Positions 1 to 10,098 of a stretch of DNA of 64,000 nucleotides are shown here, one piece after another; position 1 is the first letter of the stretch; every line of letters begins with the position of its first letter. The translations under genes were made by a program, and so were the position numbers. The notes beneath the pieces are model-generated. The model was given only the letters and a program-made list of their open reading frames with translations, did no database searches and was not told the origin of the DNA. The stretch comes from Bdellovibrionales bacterium (GTDB lineage Bacteria; Bdellovibrionota; Bdellovibrionia; Bdellovibrionales; CAYMLA01), in contig OZ244239.1 of NCBI GenBank assembly GCA_965217115.1, positions 2,096,784 to 2,160,783 on the forward strand, written 5' to 3'.

Positions 1-2
1 AT

Positions 3-170
3 GGTTATAGTTTTCAGATTGAGCTTAAGTACCGTGCCTTGAGGGATGGCTTTGAAGGTATTGAAGTGCCAATTGTTTTTGAAGACCGTCAGGTGGGACA
101 GAGTAAGATGTCTTTAAAAATCGTGATAGAAGCTTTTTTTAGAGTGTGGCAATTCCGTTGGAAAAAATAG
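3..170 (+). CDS. C-terminal fragment of a GT2 polyprenol-phosphate mannosyl/glycosyltransferase; the 5' end lies outside the window
   Basis: An open frame runs from the window edge to TAG at 168-170: GYSFQIELKYRALRDGFEGIEVPIVFEDRQVGQSKMSLKIVIEAFFRVWQFRWKK. From memory, this resembles the conserved C-terminus of dolichol/polyprenol-phosphate mannose synthase-like GT2 enzymes. Confidence 0.5.
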   Translation, partial: GYSFQIELKYRALRDGFEGIEVPIVFEDRQVGQSKMSLKIVIEAFFRVWQFRWKK

Positions 171-203
171 GTTGAAATATTTCCCCCATGTATCGGTTTT
201 TTT

Positions 204-1547
204 TTATCCTTTTAAGGGGTGGCTAATAATACGAAGCTGTGTAAATTGGCGATGTCCCTCTTTAGAGCCATGGAAACCGTAACCGCTTTGCTTAGCACCA
301 ACCCAAGGACACCCTTTGGCCCCCGAAGGACTGCGATTGAGGCCGACCATTCCTGAGTTGAGGCTTCTAGCTATTTTTTGAGAACGATCAAGGTCTTTGC
401 TGAAAATCACTCCACCAAGAGCATAGTTTCCGAGATTGGCTAATTTTACGGCCTCACTGTCTGATTTGACACGCACGACACAGGCAACAGGGCCAAATGT
501 CTCTTCTCTCATGATGTTCATCTCAGGGGTGAGGTTTTCTAAAATGATGGGAGAAAAATAGTTACTGCTGTCTTGGCAGAGTTCGCCATAGATAATTTTA
601 GCTCCATCACTGAGGGCATCTTTGACCTGTTGAAGGACGTGATCTTTTTGTCTTCGATGGATCATATGTCCTATCTGAATATCTGCCGTGTGTCTCTTTA
701 ACTTTTCAATAAAATCATCTGCAACAGTATCCCTAACGTAGATCTTCTCTGTGCTAACACAAACTTGTCCTGCATTACGAAAAGAGCTGGTGGCAGCGAA
801 TTGAGCAGCGGCTTCCAGATCAGCGTCTTCTGCCACGATAAGAGGGTCCTTCCCACCAAGCTCTAAGATGACTCTCTTTAAATCACAGCTAGCAGTTCCA
901 AGAATTTTCTTACCAGTGGCTTGAGAACCAGTGAAGGTTATCAATTGCACGTCGGATTCAACGAGTTGCTGCCCCTGTTGTCCAGTGCCAATAATCACTT
1001 GTAGGACATTCTCAGGAAGGGCTTGATTGAGCAATTCGGCATATTTGAGACCTATAAGGGTCACCTCTTCAGAGGGTTTAAAGAGGACAGTGTTTCCAGC
1101 TAGCAGGCTAGGTATTATAAGGGTGTGTGGCATACCTAAGGGGAAATTCCATGGTGTAATACTTGCGCAGACTCCTAAGGGGTCATGGTAAATATGGGTT
1201 TTGGTGGCCGTGTCTGTACGAATTTCAGAGGACAGGGCGTCTTTGACCTCTTGATATAGAGGCTCAAGATTTCCGCAATAGTGCTGGATCTCTCTCTCAG
1301 CTTCGAGCGGAGTTTTTCCCATTTCATCGTGAATGAGCTGAGCCATGTCCTCTCTGTTGCTAAAAATAAGGTCATAGCCTTTTTTGATGTGATTCATTCG
1401 TTCATCAATGGTGAGTTGTCTCCATGATTCCTGTGCCCTGTGGGCTTGGGAAACCTTGCTCTTAATATCTTGCTGAGATGTGATTGGAAGCTCTTTAATA
1501 AGTTTACCAGTTGTAGGATTAAAGGACTCAAGTGTGGTTTTTTCCAT
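204..1547 (-). CDS. NAD(P)-dependent aldehyde dehydrogenase family protein
   Basis: 447-aa ORF with ALDH hallmarks: ELGGKDP (the ELGGK motif), a catalytic-Cys region NAGQVCVSTEKIYV, and FTGSQATGKKI (the FTGS motif). Confidence 0.85.
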   Translation of the reverse strand: MEKTTLESFNPTTGKLIKELPITSQQDIKSKVSQAHRAQESWRQLTIDERMNHIKKGYDLIFSNREDMAQLIHDEMGKTPLEAEREIQHYCGNLEPLYQEVKDALSSEIRTDTATKTHIYHDPLGVCASITPWNFPLGMPHTLIIPSLLAGNTVLFKPSEEVTLIGLKYAELLNQALPENVLQVIIGTGQQGQQLVESDVQLITFTGSQATGKKILGTASCDLKRVILELGGKDPLIVAEDADLEAAAQFAATSSFRNAGQVCVSTEKIYVRDTVADDFIEKLKRHTADIQIGHMIHRRQKDHVLQQVKDALSDGAKIIYGELCQDSSNYFSPIILENLTPEMNIMREETFGPVACVVRVKSDSEAVKLANLGNYALGGVIFSKDLDRSQKIARSLNSGMVGLNRSPSGAKGCPWVGAKQSGYGFHGSKEGHRQFTQLRIISHPLKG

Positions 1548-1767
1548 AAGAGTAAACTCTCCTTGGTGATTTTCATGGGTTATATTAGATGGAAGAGATG
1601 AGAGGAGAGCTTAATTTGTTTCTCACCTTGGGGCAAGTGATATATCTCCCTAGAGAGACTTCCTAGAGATCAGACTTTTGTCTATTTTTTTTTTAAAATA
1701 AAAAAATTATTTATAAATACGTTACAATTTTAGAGTTAGATATCCCTTATACTGTGGAGTGGAATTG

Positions 1768-2901
1768 ATGATGATTCGTAGCGTTTTTATCCTTTTATTT
1801 CTTATAGTCGGCTGCCAAACTTCTCCCCTAAAAGAGCAGGCAAAAAAAGTGAGACAGCCAAGTTCAAGCAGCATAATGAAGGGGCCTGTCACTTTGGTTT
1901 ATCATCGTTTTGGACCGCCAAATTCATCAACGAGTACCCATTCTGAACTTTTTAAAAAACAAATGGGCTATTTAGCAGCCCAGGGCTTTGATTTTTTAGA
2001 TGCCGAGAGCGCCATCGAAGATTTAAAAAACTCAAAAAAAGAGGGAGAACATAGTTTCTATTCAAATAGGGCAGTTATCATAACCTTCGATGACCCCCAT
2101 AAATCTATATTTACAGTGGGGGCAGCTCTTTTTAGAGAGTATGATATCCCTGTCATGTTATTTATTAATACGGACGATGTCGGGAAGAAAAAAAGCATGA
2201 GTTGGGAGCAAATTAATCAGCTTCTCAATGATCCTTCGCTGCGTGTAAAAATAGGGTGTCACTCCTACAAGCATGCGAACATGCCTTCAACAATGACTCC
2301 ACTTGAAATGAAAAATGATTTACAGATATGTATGGAAACAATTAAAGAAAAAACAGGGAAGTCTCCCAAACTATTTGCCTATCCTTATGGTGAATATTCT
2401 GAGGAGCTTATCAATGTGGTGAAAGACTTGGGGTTTAAAGCTGCATTTGCTCAATACTCTGGTGTTGTCTATGAAGGGTCTAACTTCTTTGCCTTACCCC
2501 GCTTCCCAATGAATGATTTCTATGGAAAAATTAAGGAAGGAGGAACTGATTTTCGTTTGAAAGTGAACACTCTTCCACTGCCTATTGAAATTGTTAATCA
2601 AGAAAATATGATGCGTGGATCGAAGATACCAGCAAGGATTGAATTTACATTAGACCCCGGATTGCGGGCAAGTGATCTTAGGTGTTTTTCGAATGTTGAA
2701 ATAGTAGAGACCCGAGAGGAGTTAAGTAAGCATAATAAAGCTATGTGGCGTGACAAATCCCGCTTCATTCTTCAATGGAATAAGCCCTTTTCTTCCCGCC
2801 GTGAATATATTAACTGCACTTTATTGGGAATTAGAGGAAAACCAATTCGATATTATTGGCATTCTTTTAAGCTAGGTGATCCGAATCTTCCTGAGAGATA
2901 A
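1768..2901 (+). CDS. Polysaccharide deacetylase (NodB-homology) lipoprotein
   Basis: ITFDDPHKS (NodB motif 1), CHSYKH (His motif) and FAYPYGEY. The lipoprotein signal is LLFLIVGC. ATG at 1768 lies 8 nt after GGAG, whereas the track start GTG at 1759 overlaps the RBS. Confidence 0.75.
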   Translation: MMIRSVFILLFLIVGCQTSPLKEQAKKVRQPSSSSIMKGPVTLVYHRFGPPNSSTSTHSELFKKQMGYLAAQGFDFLDAESAIEDLKNSKKEGEHSFYSNRAVIITFDDPHKSIFTVGAALFREYDIPVMLFINTDDVGKKKSMSWEQINQLLNDPSLRVKIGCHSYKHANMPSTMTPLEMKNDLQICMETIKEKTGKSPKLFAYPYGEYSEELINVVKDLGFKAAFAQYSGVVYEGSNFFALPRFPMNDFYGKIKEGGTDFRLKVNTLPLPIEIVNQENMMRGSKIPARIEFTLDPGLRASDLRCFSNVEIVETREELSKHNKAMWRDKSRFILQWNKPFSSRREYINCTLLGIRGKPIRYYWHSFKLGDPNLPER

Positions 2902-2946
2902 GATGTCTAGAGAGAGCCATCTTTCATGGCTCAAATATCTGCAGGC

Positions 2947-3513
2947 CTAGTGTTTTCTATACCAAGGCGTTTTCCTTAGAATAAATGTTAAGATGAGGGC
3001 CAACAGTATTCCTAGGGTGGCACCTCCTAAAACATCCAAAGGAAAATGAACCCCAACATATGTTCTGCTGTAGGCAATGGTCATTGCGAGGAAGTAGGTT
3101 GGCCACATGACAGGATAGGCAAGAGTGAGATAGGTGGCTGCAGCAAAATTATTGGCGGCGTGATTTGAAGTGAAGCTCCAGCCAGCATGGGGCCGTGTTT
3201 TTAAGTGAACATTGAGATCTTGATGGTGGCGGGGTCTAAGCCGTTGCACGTTGGCTTTGATAAGACGATGGGAGATAAGATCCGTTGCTCCTACAACGAG
3301 AATAAGAGCGAAGAAATGTTTAAGGGCCTTCTTCCGTGAAAGAAAGAACCAAGTTATAAGAATTGAAGGAACCAGAATAAACTTAAACCACCAGATCCTG
3401 TGTAAATCAGTTATTCCTGGCATGAGCATATCTAAAAGAGAAGAGGTCCATTGGTTGTGAATTAAATCAAAGAGGGTTTTGTCTAAAGCGATGATTTCTT
3501 GCAACATATCCAA
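2947..3513 (-). CDS. PAP2-family phosphatase (phosphatidic acid / undecaprenyl-diphosphate phosphatase type)
   Basis: All three PAP2 motifs are present: KANVQRLRPRH, SFTSNHAA and SRTYVGVHFPLDVLGG. The protein has multiple TM segments. Confidence 0.8.
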   Translation of the reverse strand: MDMLQEIIALDKTLFDLIHNQWTSSLLDMLMPGITDLHRIWWFKFILVPSILITWFFLSRKKALKHFFALILVVGATDLISHRLIKANVQRLRPRHHQDLNVHLKTRPHAGWSFTSNHAANNFAAATYLTLAYPVMWPTYFLAMTIAYSRTYVGVHFPLDVLGGATLGILLALILTFILRKTPWYRKH

Positions 3514-3527
3514 GCTCCGTTAAAGGA

Positions 3528-4565
3528 CTACTTTAACGCCTGTGCCAGATCATTGGCAACTTCTTTAGGGGAGATGCTGACCAGGCATTCCTGGTAAGAG
3601 TTCCTATTCGTGCAGGGTCCTTGACCGTGTTTACTACAAGGGCGGCAGGAGAGTTCCCTCTCTTTGATAACAGTGGTTGCGCGACCGGGGTAACCAAAAG
3701 GAGCTGGGCCCATGAGGGCAATACACTTCATGCCCAATTGTTCGGCAATGTGCATAAGCCCAGTGTCGTTAGACACCAAGGCTTTGCAGAGAGATACAGC
3801 GGCAGAGCTCTCCTCAAAAGAGAGTCGTCCAGCTAGATTCATGGTTCTTTCAGGTGCGATGTTAGCGATCTCTTGGATGAAATGATCCTCTGGTCCACCG
3901 AATAGAAGAAACTGCCATTGGGGATTATTTAGAATCAATTTCTGCCAGTGTTGCAGGGGCCATCGTTTTAATTCGTAGGAGGACGAAGGAGCTAGAGCAA
4001 TAAGTGGACGTTGATTATTAGAGGGGGGTCCAATTCTCTCTTCGGTTCGGAGTAAAAGTTCTACGGAAAAAAACACTTGTGGGCATGGAGGAAGACGAGT
4101 TGGAATTCCCCAGCGCACCAAAGGTTCGATGAGGGCTATTTGTCCAGGAAATGGTTTTGGGTAACGATTGATTCGGAGATAAAAAAGAAGAAAGCGTTTC
4201 CAGCGATAGCCTGAACGACGTAAAAAGTGATAGGGGCGAAAGAACCAGAGCATCCCTCCCAGGCCCCAGTGAATCATGCGTGAGCGCAGATTATTATGGG
4301 CATCATAGACGTGGGTAAACCGTTCTTTTCTGAGAGCTTTTATAAGCTGTATTAATCCTGGAAGACCCGATAGCCGATCGAGACTCCAAACTTTATTTAT
4401 GCACGGGTGGCTCTGTAGAAGTGTTGAGTACTCCTTGCGTGTGACAAAGTGAACAGTGGCCTGGGGAAACTGAGTCTTAATCACGGAGGGAATACTAAGA
4501 GATTGAACCACATCCCCGAAGCTTGAAAATCGAATGACTAAAAATTTCTCCTGTTCTTTTGCCAT
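3528..4565 (-). CDS. Glycosyltransferase family 9 (LPS heptosyltransferase-like)
   Basis: The N-terminus FLVIRFSSFGDVVQSLSIPSVIK and the C-terminal SNDTGLMHIAEQLG motif are typical of ADP-heptose:LPS heptosyltransferases. Confidence 0.8.
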   Translation of the reverse strand: MAKEQEKFLVIRFSSFGDVVQSLSIPSVIKTQFPQATVHFVTRKEYSTLLQSHPCINKVWSLDRLSGLPGLIQLIKALRKERFTHVYDAHNNLRSRMIHWGLGGMLWFFRPYHFLRRSGYRWKRFLLFYLRINRYPKPFPGQIALIEPLVRWGIPTRLPPCPQVFFSVELLLRTEERIGPPSNNQRPLIALAPSSSYELKRWPLQHWQKLILNNPQWQFLLFGGPEDHFIQEIANIAPERTMNLAGRLSFEESSAAVSLCKALVSNDTGLMHIAEQLGMKCIALMGPAPFGYPGRATTVIKERELSCRPCSKHGQGPCTNRNSYQECLVSISPKEVANDLAQALK

Positions 4566-4587
4566 AGGTCTCTAGTGATAACATCCC

Positions 4588-5811
4588 TTGATCTTTATTT
4601 CAATGCTGGGTATGAGAGATATGGGGGTACTAGAGTTGATCTTGCCATTGATTGTCCTTTCTTATTTGAGTTTATTTATTTTTGGTTTCTTAGACAACAT
4701 CAGGGGTCCCCTGTTTTCTGATATTCTAGAGTCTTTTAATCTGACTGACGGACAGGGGGGAGCCTTCTTTGCAATGGCTTCTCTAGGCTCTTTTGCAGGT
4801 GGATTATTAGCGAAAAGATTGTTTTCATCTTTTAAGATCTGGCAAATTAATCAATGGGCTCTGCTCTGCATCCTTGTGGGAGCTTTTGGAACTGGATGGG
4901 AGAGAGATTACAGTGTTGTCCTCCTTTTTTCTTTTATTTTTGGAGTGGGGTTAGGTGTTCTGGGAGTGGCGGTGAACGTTATGGTTCAGAGGGGGAGTTC
5001 GGAGAAGAAGTTACGTCAAATGATGTCAGGCTTGCATAGTTGTTACGGGTTATCAGCCCTCTTAGCTCCGTTTGTTGTGGCCTATGGTTATGGCAAGGGG
5101 TTCACTTGGCAGGAAATGATTATGGGAACTTCCCTATTGCCATTGTTAATTATTGTTGGAGTTCTTTTTAAGAGAAAATCAATGGACAGGGAAATCATAG
5201 AAGAGAGTCAGAAGGAAACCCCGAAAGAAATTCCAAAAAAAATCCCGAAAAAAATCAATGGGAGGACGGCTATAGATTCGAAGATGGGGGTCTTTGTCTT
5301 GGCCAACGCTCTCTATGTCTCCAGTGAATTAGCTATTTCCACACGTCTGGCTCTCTATATGCGTCGTTATGGGGAGACCCCTGAAGTTGCATCCTATTAT
5401 CTGTCGCTATTTTTTCTGGGACTTTTCATTTCTCGTTTGGTCCTTATCAAGTCAATAGCCCTCTCCCATCGTGTGATTATTTTAGGGGCATCGTTAAGTT
5501 CAATTGTCTCTTGGCTGTTGGGTCTTTGGGTGCATCCACTTTTTTTCTGTATACTGGGAATAACGATGGGACCTATCTTCCCTGTGTCAATGGCCTATGC
5601 GAGGGATGTATTTGCCAACAAGGCGAGCCATGTGGTGGCCTACTCAATCTCGGCTATGTCGTTGGCAATCATGGTGATGCATAGTTTGATTGGTTGGTTA
5701 ACAGATCTTTTTAATCTGCGATGGGCGTTACATCTAGCTGTATTAGTTTTACTGGTGCATTTTGTATTGATGAAAATATTATCCCGCAGAGTGGAGGGAG
5801 AAGGATATTGA
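4588..5811 (+). CDS. MFS transporter
   Basis: About 12 predicted hydrophobic helices with a charged central loop (KETPKEIPKKIPKK). The start is ambiguous: TTG at 4588 or ATG at 4603, 4612 or 4621. Confidence 0.7.
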   Translation: MIFISMLGMRDMGVLELILPLIVLSYLSLFIFGFLDNIRGPLFSDILESFNLTDGQGGAFFAMASLGSFAGGLLAKRLFSSFKIWQINQWALLCILVGAFGTGWERDYSVVLLFSFIFGVGLGVLGVAVNVMVQRGSSEKKLRQMMSGLHSCYGLSALLAPFVVAYGYGKGFTWQEMIMGTSLLPLLIIVGVLFKRKSMDREIIEESQKETPKEIPKKIPKKINGRTAIDSKMGVFVLANALYVSSELAISTRLALYMRRYGETPEVASYYLSLFFLGLFISRLVLIKSIALSHRVIILGASLSSIVSWLLGLWVHPLFFCILGITMGPIFPVSMAYARDVFANKASHVVAYSISAMSLAIMVMHSLIGWLTDLFNLRWALHLAVLVLLVHFVLMKILSRRVEGEGY

Positions 5812-7058
5812 AAGAGTCCTATCAATTCTATTTGGTTATCCCGGTCGGTCTTGAAAAAATAGCTTTAGAGGAGCTGAGTTACTGGTGGCCTCTCTTGCAA
5901 AAAAATACGGCAATGGACTCTCTACCACCGGTGGAGAGAACAAAGGGAGGTCTTGAGTTCACTTGTGCCATGAACTTAGGGCTACAGCTGAATTATTTAT
6001 TAAAAATCCCTTCGCGTATTTTGCTCCGTTTACAGGTTTTCCCCTGCACATCGTTTAAGGAGTTTTCAAAGAAGATCTCCCAGATTTCTTGGAGTGAGTT
6101 TTGGTCAGAGCCTCTAGATATTAAACTACACACGAGTTCCCACGGTTCAGCTCTCTACACAGCTAAGCGCATTGAAGGGAGTTTTCGCGATGGTTGGAAG
6201 GAGTTTTGGAAAGGAGAAACAGGGGGGGGAGCTGAAGGGAAACCAATCTCAAACAGTTCTCAAAGTATCTTTGTAAGATTGGTAGATGATGTGGCAACAG
6301 TGAGCCTAGATACATCGGGGGAGCATCTTCACCGCAGAGGTCAGAGGTCCCACATTGGGCAAGCGCCATTGCGCGAGAACTTAGCCGCAGCCCTATTGTG
6401 GTTAATGATTGGGAAGAATGGATTTAATAATTTAGGAGAGACCATTTTAGCTGATCCCATGTCAGGCTCAGGTATTTTCATGTTGGAAGCCTATCAGTTA
6501 TTGAAGGTAAAGAAGGAACGTGATTACAGTTTTCAGAATTGGAAGAAGGGGCAGAGAGATGGAGTGGCGAGATCCCATTGGCAGCAAGAGACCTTTGGGG
6601 GTTATGAGTTGTGGGATATAGATAAGAAGATGTTACAGGCCATCGATTCAAATCAGGAGGGCATACCTGAAGAGATGTTTGAAGTGCGACACAGTGACAT
6701 CATTGACTTGCAAGGGGTGAGTTCTAAAGAGATGAGTGGTAGAGAGATGGGTGGTGAAGAAATGAGTGGTAAAGACAGAGGAGCGAACCCTCTATGGGTG
6801 ATCGTCAACCCCCCCTACGGAGAGCGTTTAAAAGTCGAAGGCTCTTTAGTGGATTATTACAGTCGTCTCTGTATGAATATTCAGAGAGTGTGGCAACCCA
6901 GTGTTGTGGGACTCATCATCCCTCGCAAGGTGGGTATAAAGAAGATAAAAACATCTCCACACTGGGAGTCACAGAAATCCTGGTTTTTCCAAAACGGGGG
7001 AATCCCCGTTGGCTTTCATCTATTCTCAGTTAAACGGGAATTTCAAAGGCCTACTTAA
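5808..7058 (+). CDS. THUMP-domain class I SAM-dependent RNA methyltransferase (RlmL/RlmK-like)
   Basis: SAM-binding motif DPMSGSGIFMLEA and catalytic NPPYGERL. The long track ORF (5721) overlaps the MFS gene. An in-frame TTG at 5808, preceded by GGAGGGAGAAGGA, is the likelier start. Confidence 0.65.
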   Translation: MKESYQFYLVIPVGLEKIALEELSYWWPLLQKNTAMDSLPPVERTKGGLEFTCAMNLGLQLNYLLKIPSRILLRLQVFPCTSFKEFSKKISQISWSEFWSEPLDIKLHTSSHGSALYTAKRIEGSFRDGWKEFWKGETGGGAEGKPISNSSQSIFVRLVDDVATVSLDTSGEHLHRRGQRSHIGQAPLRENLAAALLWLMIGKNGFNNLGETILADPMSGSGIFMLEAYQLLKVKKERDYSFQNWKKGQRDGVARSHWQQETFGGYELWDIDKKMLQAIDSNQEGIPEEMFEVRHSDIIDLQGVSSKEMSGREMGGEEMSGKDRGANPLWVIVNPPYGERLKVEGSLVDYYSRLCMNIQRVWQPSVVGLIIPRKVGIKKIKTSPHWESQKSWFFQNGGIPVGFHLFSVKREFQRPT

Positions 7059-7088
7059 AGGGGGAATCATTGACTCAAAATCAAGTCA

Positions 7089-7910
7089 TTACTTTTGAGT
7101 GTCAAAACAATAGCTCTCCGATGTGTGATAGAACCTATCCTCTGACCAGTTGTCTTTATTGTTTTTAAATGGATGGAGATTTATCAGAATCCTTGAGCGT
7201 TCGTTTCCACTGGGGTCCAGTAGAGAAGAGTAGGTGTTAGGGTTTGAGTAGAATGCAGGAATAAGAGCATCGGTCTCATGGAGCAAGGTATCGATATCAC
7301 CGTTGGCATCGTTATCATCGTTATTGTAACCAGCGATCTTGATGGCATGATCGTAACGTCCTATTCCAGAGACGACAAAATGAATCTGCTCAAACCATTC
7401 CTGGGGAGAGCTTCCACTAACCTTGGCAAATGGATTCCCATCATTATGCTCGTTGATGATGTTTTGCAAAACAGTGTAGGAGAGGGTGTCATAATAACCT
7501 GAGATAGGAATTGATTGCCCGTACCCTTTAAGCTCTAGGCGAAATTCTAACGGTGTTTCAGAGATGTCCGTGCTTTGATGATCCAGTGCTTCCCATTTAA
7601 AGAGGCGAATATAGTAATTCGCAGTGCTGGAGAAGTTGCTTGTATTGATGGAGTTCATCTTTAAATAGACAAACTCAAAGCTAGCGTTGCCACCGCTATC
7701 ATGGAGAACCTTCATGTCGGCATCAATAAATGAGCTATCAAATGAATTGCACTGAGCCACTTTTCCAGAAGAGTCATCGGTTCCGATACGACTGGCCTGG
7801 TTCGAAGAACCATCTCCTATCTTCTGACTGCCGCAACCTATGGAGAATAACCCTATAATGATGGTGCTGCATAAGAAAAGACACTTAGATACTTTTGTTG
7901 AATGTTTCAT
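7089..7910 (-). CDS. Hypothetical lipoprotein
   Basis: The internal ATG at 7910 is preceded by GGGAGGAAAA. The signal plus lipobox is MKHSTKVSKCLFLCSTIIIGLFSIGCGS. I recognised no family. Confidence 0.5.
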   Translation of the reverse strand: MKHSTKVSKCLFLCSTIIIGLFSIGCGSQKIGDGSSNQASRIGTDDSSGKVAQCNSFDSSFIDADMKVLHDSGGNASFEFVYLKMNSINTSNFSSTANYYIRLFKWEALDHQSTDISETPLEFRLELKGYGQSIPISGYYDTLSYTVLQNIINEHNDGNPFAKVSGSSPQEWFEQIHFVVSGIGRYDHAIKIAGYNNDDNDANGDIDTLLHETDALIPAFYSNPNTYSSLLDPSGNERSRILINLHPFKNNKDNWSEDRFYHTSESYCFDTQK

Positions 7911-8091
7911 TTTTCCTCCCGTTCTTAATTGTATATACAGCAAGGATGATGCCAGTATCATATTGGGGCACAGAGAAAATAACAGCAATATTATATACTT
8001 AGGCGGCTCCATCCAGTCTTAAATTGAGACGGTGTGACTTGATATGGGGCCGTGCAAGTTGCAGAATCGTCTGTGGGTTGTCTACACTGAA

Positions 8092-8985
8092 ATGAGCGTT
8101 AAAAAAAAGCGGGTAAATATGCGAAATATTTTAAGTAATTACAAAACTGTCGTTTTGTTAGTCACGAGTCTGGGTTTTATGTGCTCCTGTGCAACGATTT
8201 CTCAGTTAAAAGACGGGCAAGTGCTCCATGGATTGGAGGAGAGCCTCTTAAAAGTCCCCCTGTTCTTGCATTTGAAATCAGTGAGAGGCGAAGTGGACAG
8301 GGTGTTTATTTATACGGAGGCTATTAATCAACATCACATAAACGGGCGTTCGCCAGTGTTAAAGAAAAACATCACGTCTTTTCTTGTGGAGATTGAGAAC
8401 TTAGGTGTTGATACAGAGAACCACCTAAATCAGCGTGTGCATGTTTTAAACAAAGAGGGAGAGTCGGATTTACATGATTACGCATACCCTCGATTAGGAG
8501 AGGTGTTTAACTATCAGTACAAGAGAAATGGCGAGGTTCTACAGGTAGAGAATTTTCCAAGGGATTCTCTTTTTTATGTGCCAGCGATCTCTCTACCTAA
8601 AGGGAAAAAAGGAAAGGGAGACACATGGGCATTGCAGAGATCATGGTGGGACTCTAAAAACAACGTGCAGCTAAATTTAGACATGGTAACGATTTTGGAG
8701 AGTTTCTTAGAATGTGGTGAAGGTCATATCTGTGCATTGTTGTCTATTGATGGGAAAGTCACGATCCCCTCGATGGTTAATAGTATTGAATCAGGTTTTT
8801 TAGGGCGTTTATCAGGAGAGATTCTTTTTTCCGTTGAGAAGGGAGTCGTGCTTGTATCAAACATAAAATCAGAAGAAGCCCTGCAAATCGGAGATGAGAC
8901 AATAGAAACCCATTCCTGTTTAAAGAGCGTGCTCATCTCTTCAAAAGTAGCAAGGGGCTTTAAAAAAAGTAAGTCTTGTGAATAG
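8092..8985 (+). CDS. Hypothetical lipoprotein
   Basis: The signal/lipobox is VVLLVTSLGFMCSC. The start is ambiguous (8044, 8092 or 8119). I recognised no family. Confidence 0.45.
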   Translation: MSVKKKRVNMRNILSNYKTVVLLVTSLGFMCSCATISQLKDGQVLHGLEESLLKVPLFLHLKSVRGEVDRVFIYTEAINQHHINGRSPVLKKNITSFLVEIENLGVDTENHLNQRVHVLNKEGESDLHDYAYPRLGEVFNYQYKRNGEVLQVENFPRDSLFYVPAISLPKGKKGKGDTWALQRSWWDSKNNVQLNLDMVTILESFLECGEGHICALLSIDGKVTIPSMVNSIESGFLGRLSGEILFSVEKGVVLVSNIKSEEALQIGDETIETHSCLKSVLISSKVARGFKKSKSCE

Positions 8986-8994
8986 TTAAAAGGT

Positions 8995-9360
8995 TCTTTA
9001 TGACAAACATATGACAAACAATGGTGGAGCCAGTTTTTTTTCTGATGAGCCGTTTTTTTTCTAGAGTCTCTCCCAAAAGAATCCAGCCCTTTTCTTGCTC
9101 AAACATCCGTTTGTCACCTTCCATTGCAGAGAAATGCAATGGAAGTCGCCAAGCCAAACTCGCCGAAAAGAACTGGATTCTTTTGGGAGAGACTCTAGAA
9201 AAAAAGAACGTATTCAATCAATTGAGTCAATGGATCTCTTTCTATGACTGACCTCCATGTATAACAACGCTGTTATCCATGGATAGTTTTAGAAAGAGAG
9301 CCCTCAAGATGGATCTCTTGGGAACATTTCTACTATTTATCACAAAGAACCAGTTAAAAC
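8995..9360. repeat. Dispersed structured repeat, copy A (about 350 bp, non-coding)
   Basis: It is about 90 percent alignable by eye to 22575-22926. It contains the tandem ATGACAAACA x2, a perfect 24-bp inverted repeat (9061-9084 and 9175-9198), an internal hairpin CCATTGCA-GAGAAA-TGCAATGG, and a second 12-bp hairpin at about 9255-9282. Confidence 0.85.
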
Positions 9361-9368
9361 CATGCCCT

Positions 9369-10064
9369 TTATGAAACTTGTGATCTCAACCAATGGCCTA
9401 GCTTGGTTTGTTCGGAGAGAAGCTTATTGGGTATGGATTCAAACTTAGTGAGATAATGGGAGAGCTTCCTCAGGTCCTCTTCTGTGTTGACCTTGAAGTC
9501 TTGGGACAGAGTGTGGACCTCCCCGCGTTTTTTTAAAACATCGTGGAATTCATTAAAAGCCTTATCAGATGTGTGAGAAACAGATTTCCATTCTTGGAAT
9601 GAGAGGTTGGCCTGACTGCCGTAAAGGTAGTAGCCGCCCCCATGACAAGGGCCAAGAACAAATTGATTTTGCAATGTCTTTTCAATGGCAAGCTCTATAC
9701 AAGAAGGTTCTATGTGAGGCTGATGGGGGGTCATAAAAAGAACAGCATCGTGCATTTCGAGTAAAGAGTCTTCTATGGATGCCAAGCACTCCCCAATGTC
9801 AAGACCACTTGTTGGTTGTAGAATTTTATTAAAATTTTGCCAAAGCCCGTTCTGTAGGCCAGCCTCTTCAGCAATAGCCCAGTAGGGGGTGAGTTTAAAA
9901 TCCTGTACTTGGGATGAAATTTTGAGGATAACTTCCTCAATGGCTTTTATAGATTGAATGTAAAACTCATTAATGGCCTCTGGGCCTAAGCTTCGTATTA
10001 AATCTAATTTTATAGGTGATAGACCAGGTGTTTTAACAAAAATAGCGAGGGCGATGTTTTTCAT
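9369..10064 (-). CDS. DUF2064 / TIGR04282-like nucleotidyl- or glycosyl-transferase family protein
   Basis: The N-terminus NIALAIFVKTPGLSPIKLDL matches, from memory, the DUF2064 signature (vFaKaPxxGxVKTRL). Confidence 0.5.
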   Translation of the reverse strand: MKNIALAIFVKTPGLSPIKLDLIRSLGPEAINEFYIQSIKAIEEVILKISSQVQDFKLTPYWAIAEEAGLQNGLWQNFNKILQPTSGLDIGECLASIEDSLLEMHDAVLFMTPHQPHIEPSCIELAIEKTLQNQFVLGPCHGGGYYLYGSQANLSFQEWKSVSHTSDKAFNEFHDVLKKRGEVHTLSQDFKVNTEEDLRKLSHYLTKFESIPNKLLSEQTKLGHWLRSQVS

Positions 10065-10098
10065 AGTGTCTGTCCTTTTATTGGTTTTGGAGATCTCT

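Noticed and set aside
8960-9251. Two mirrored ORFs (9021-9251 on the plus strand, 76 aa; 8960-9217 on the minus strand, 85 aa) inside the dispersed repeat.
   Set aside because: Both share the peptide SRVSPKRIQ, which arises from the two arms of the 24-bp inverted repeat. There is no RBS, and copy B does not preserve either frame. These are palindrome artefacts, not genes.
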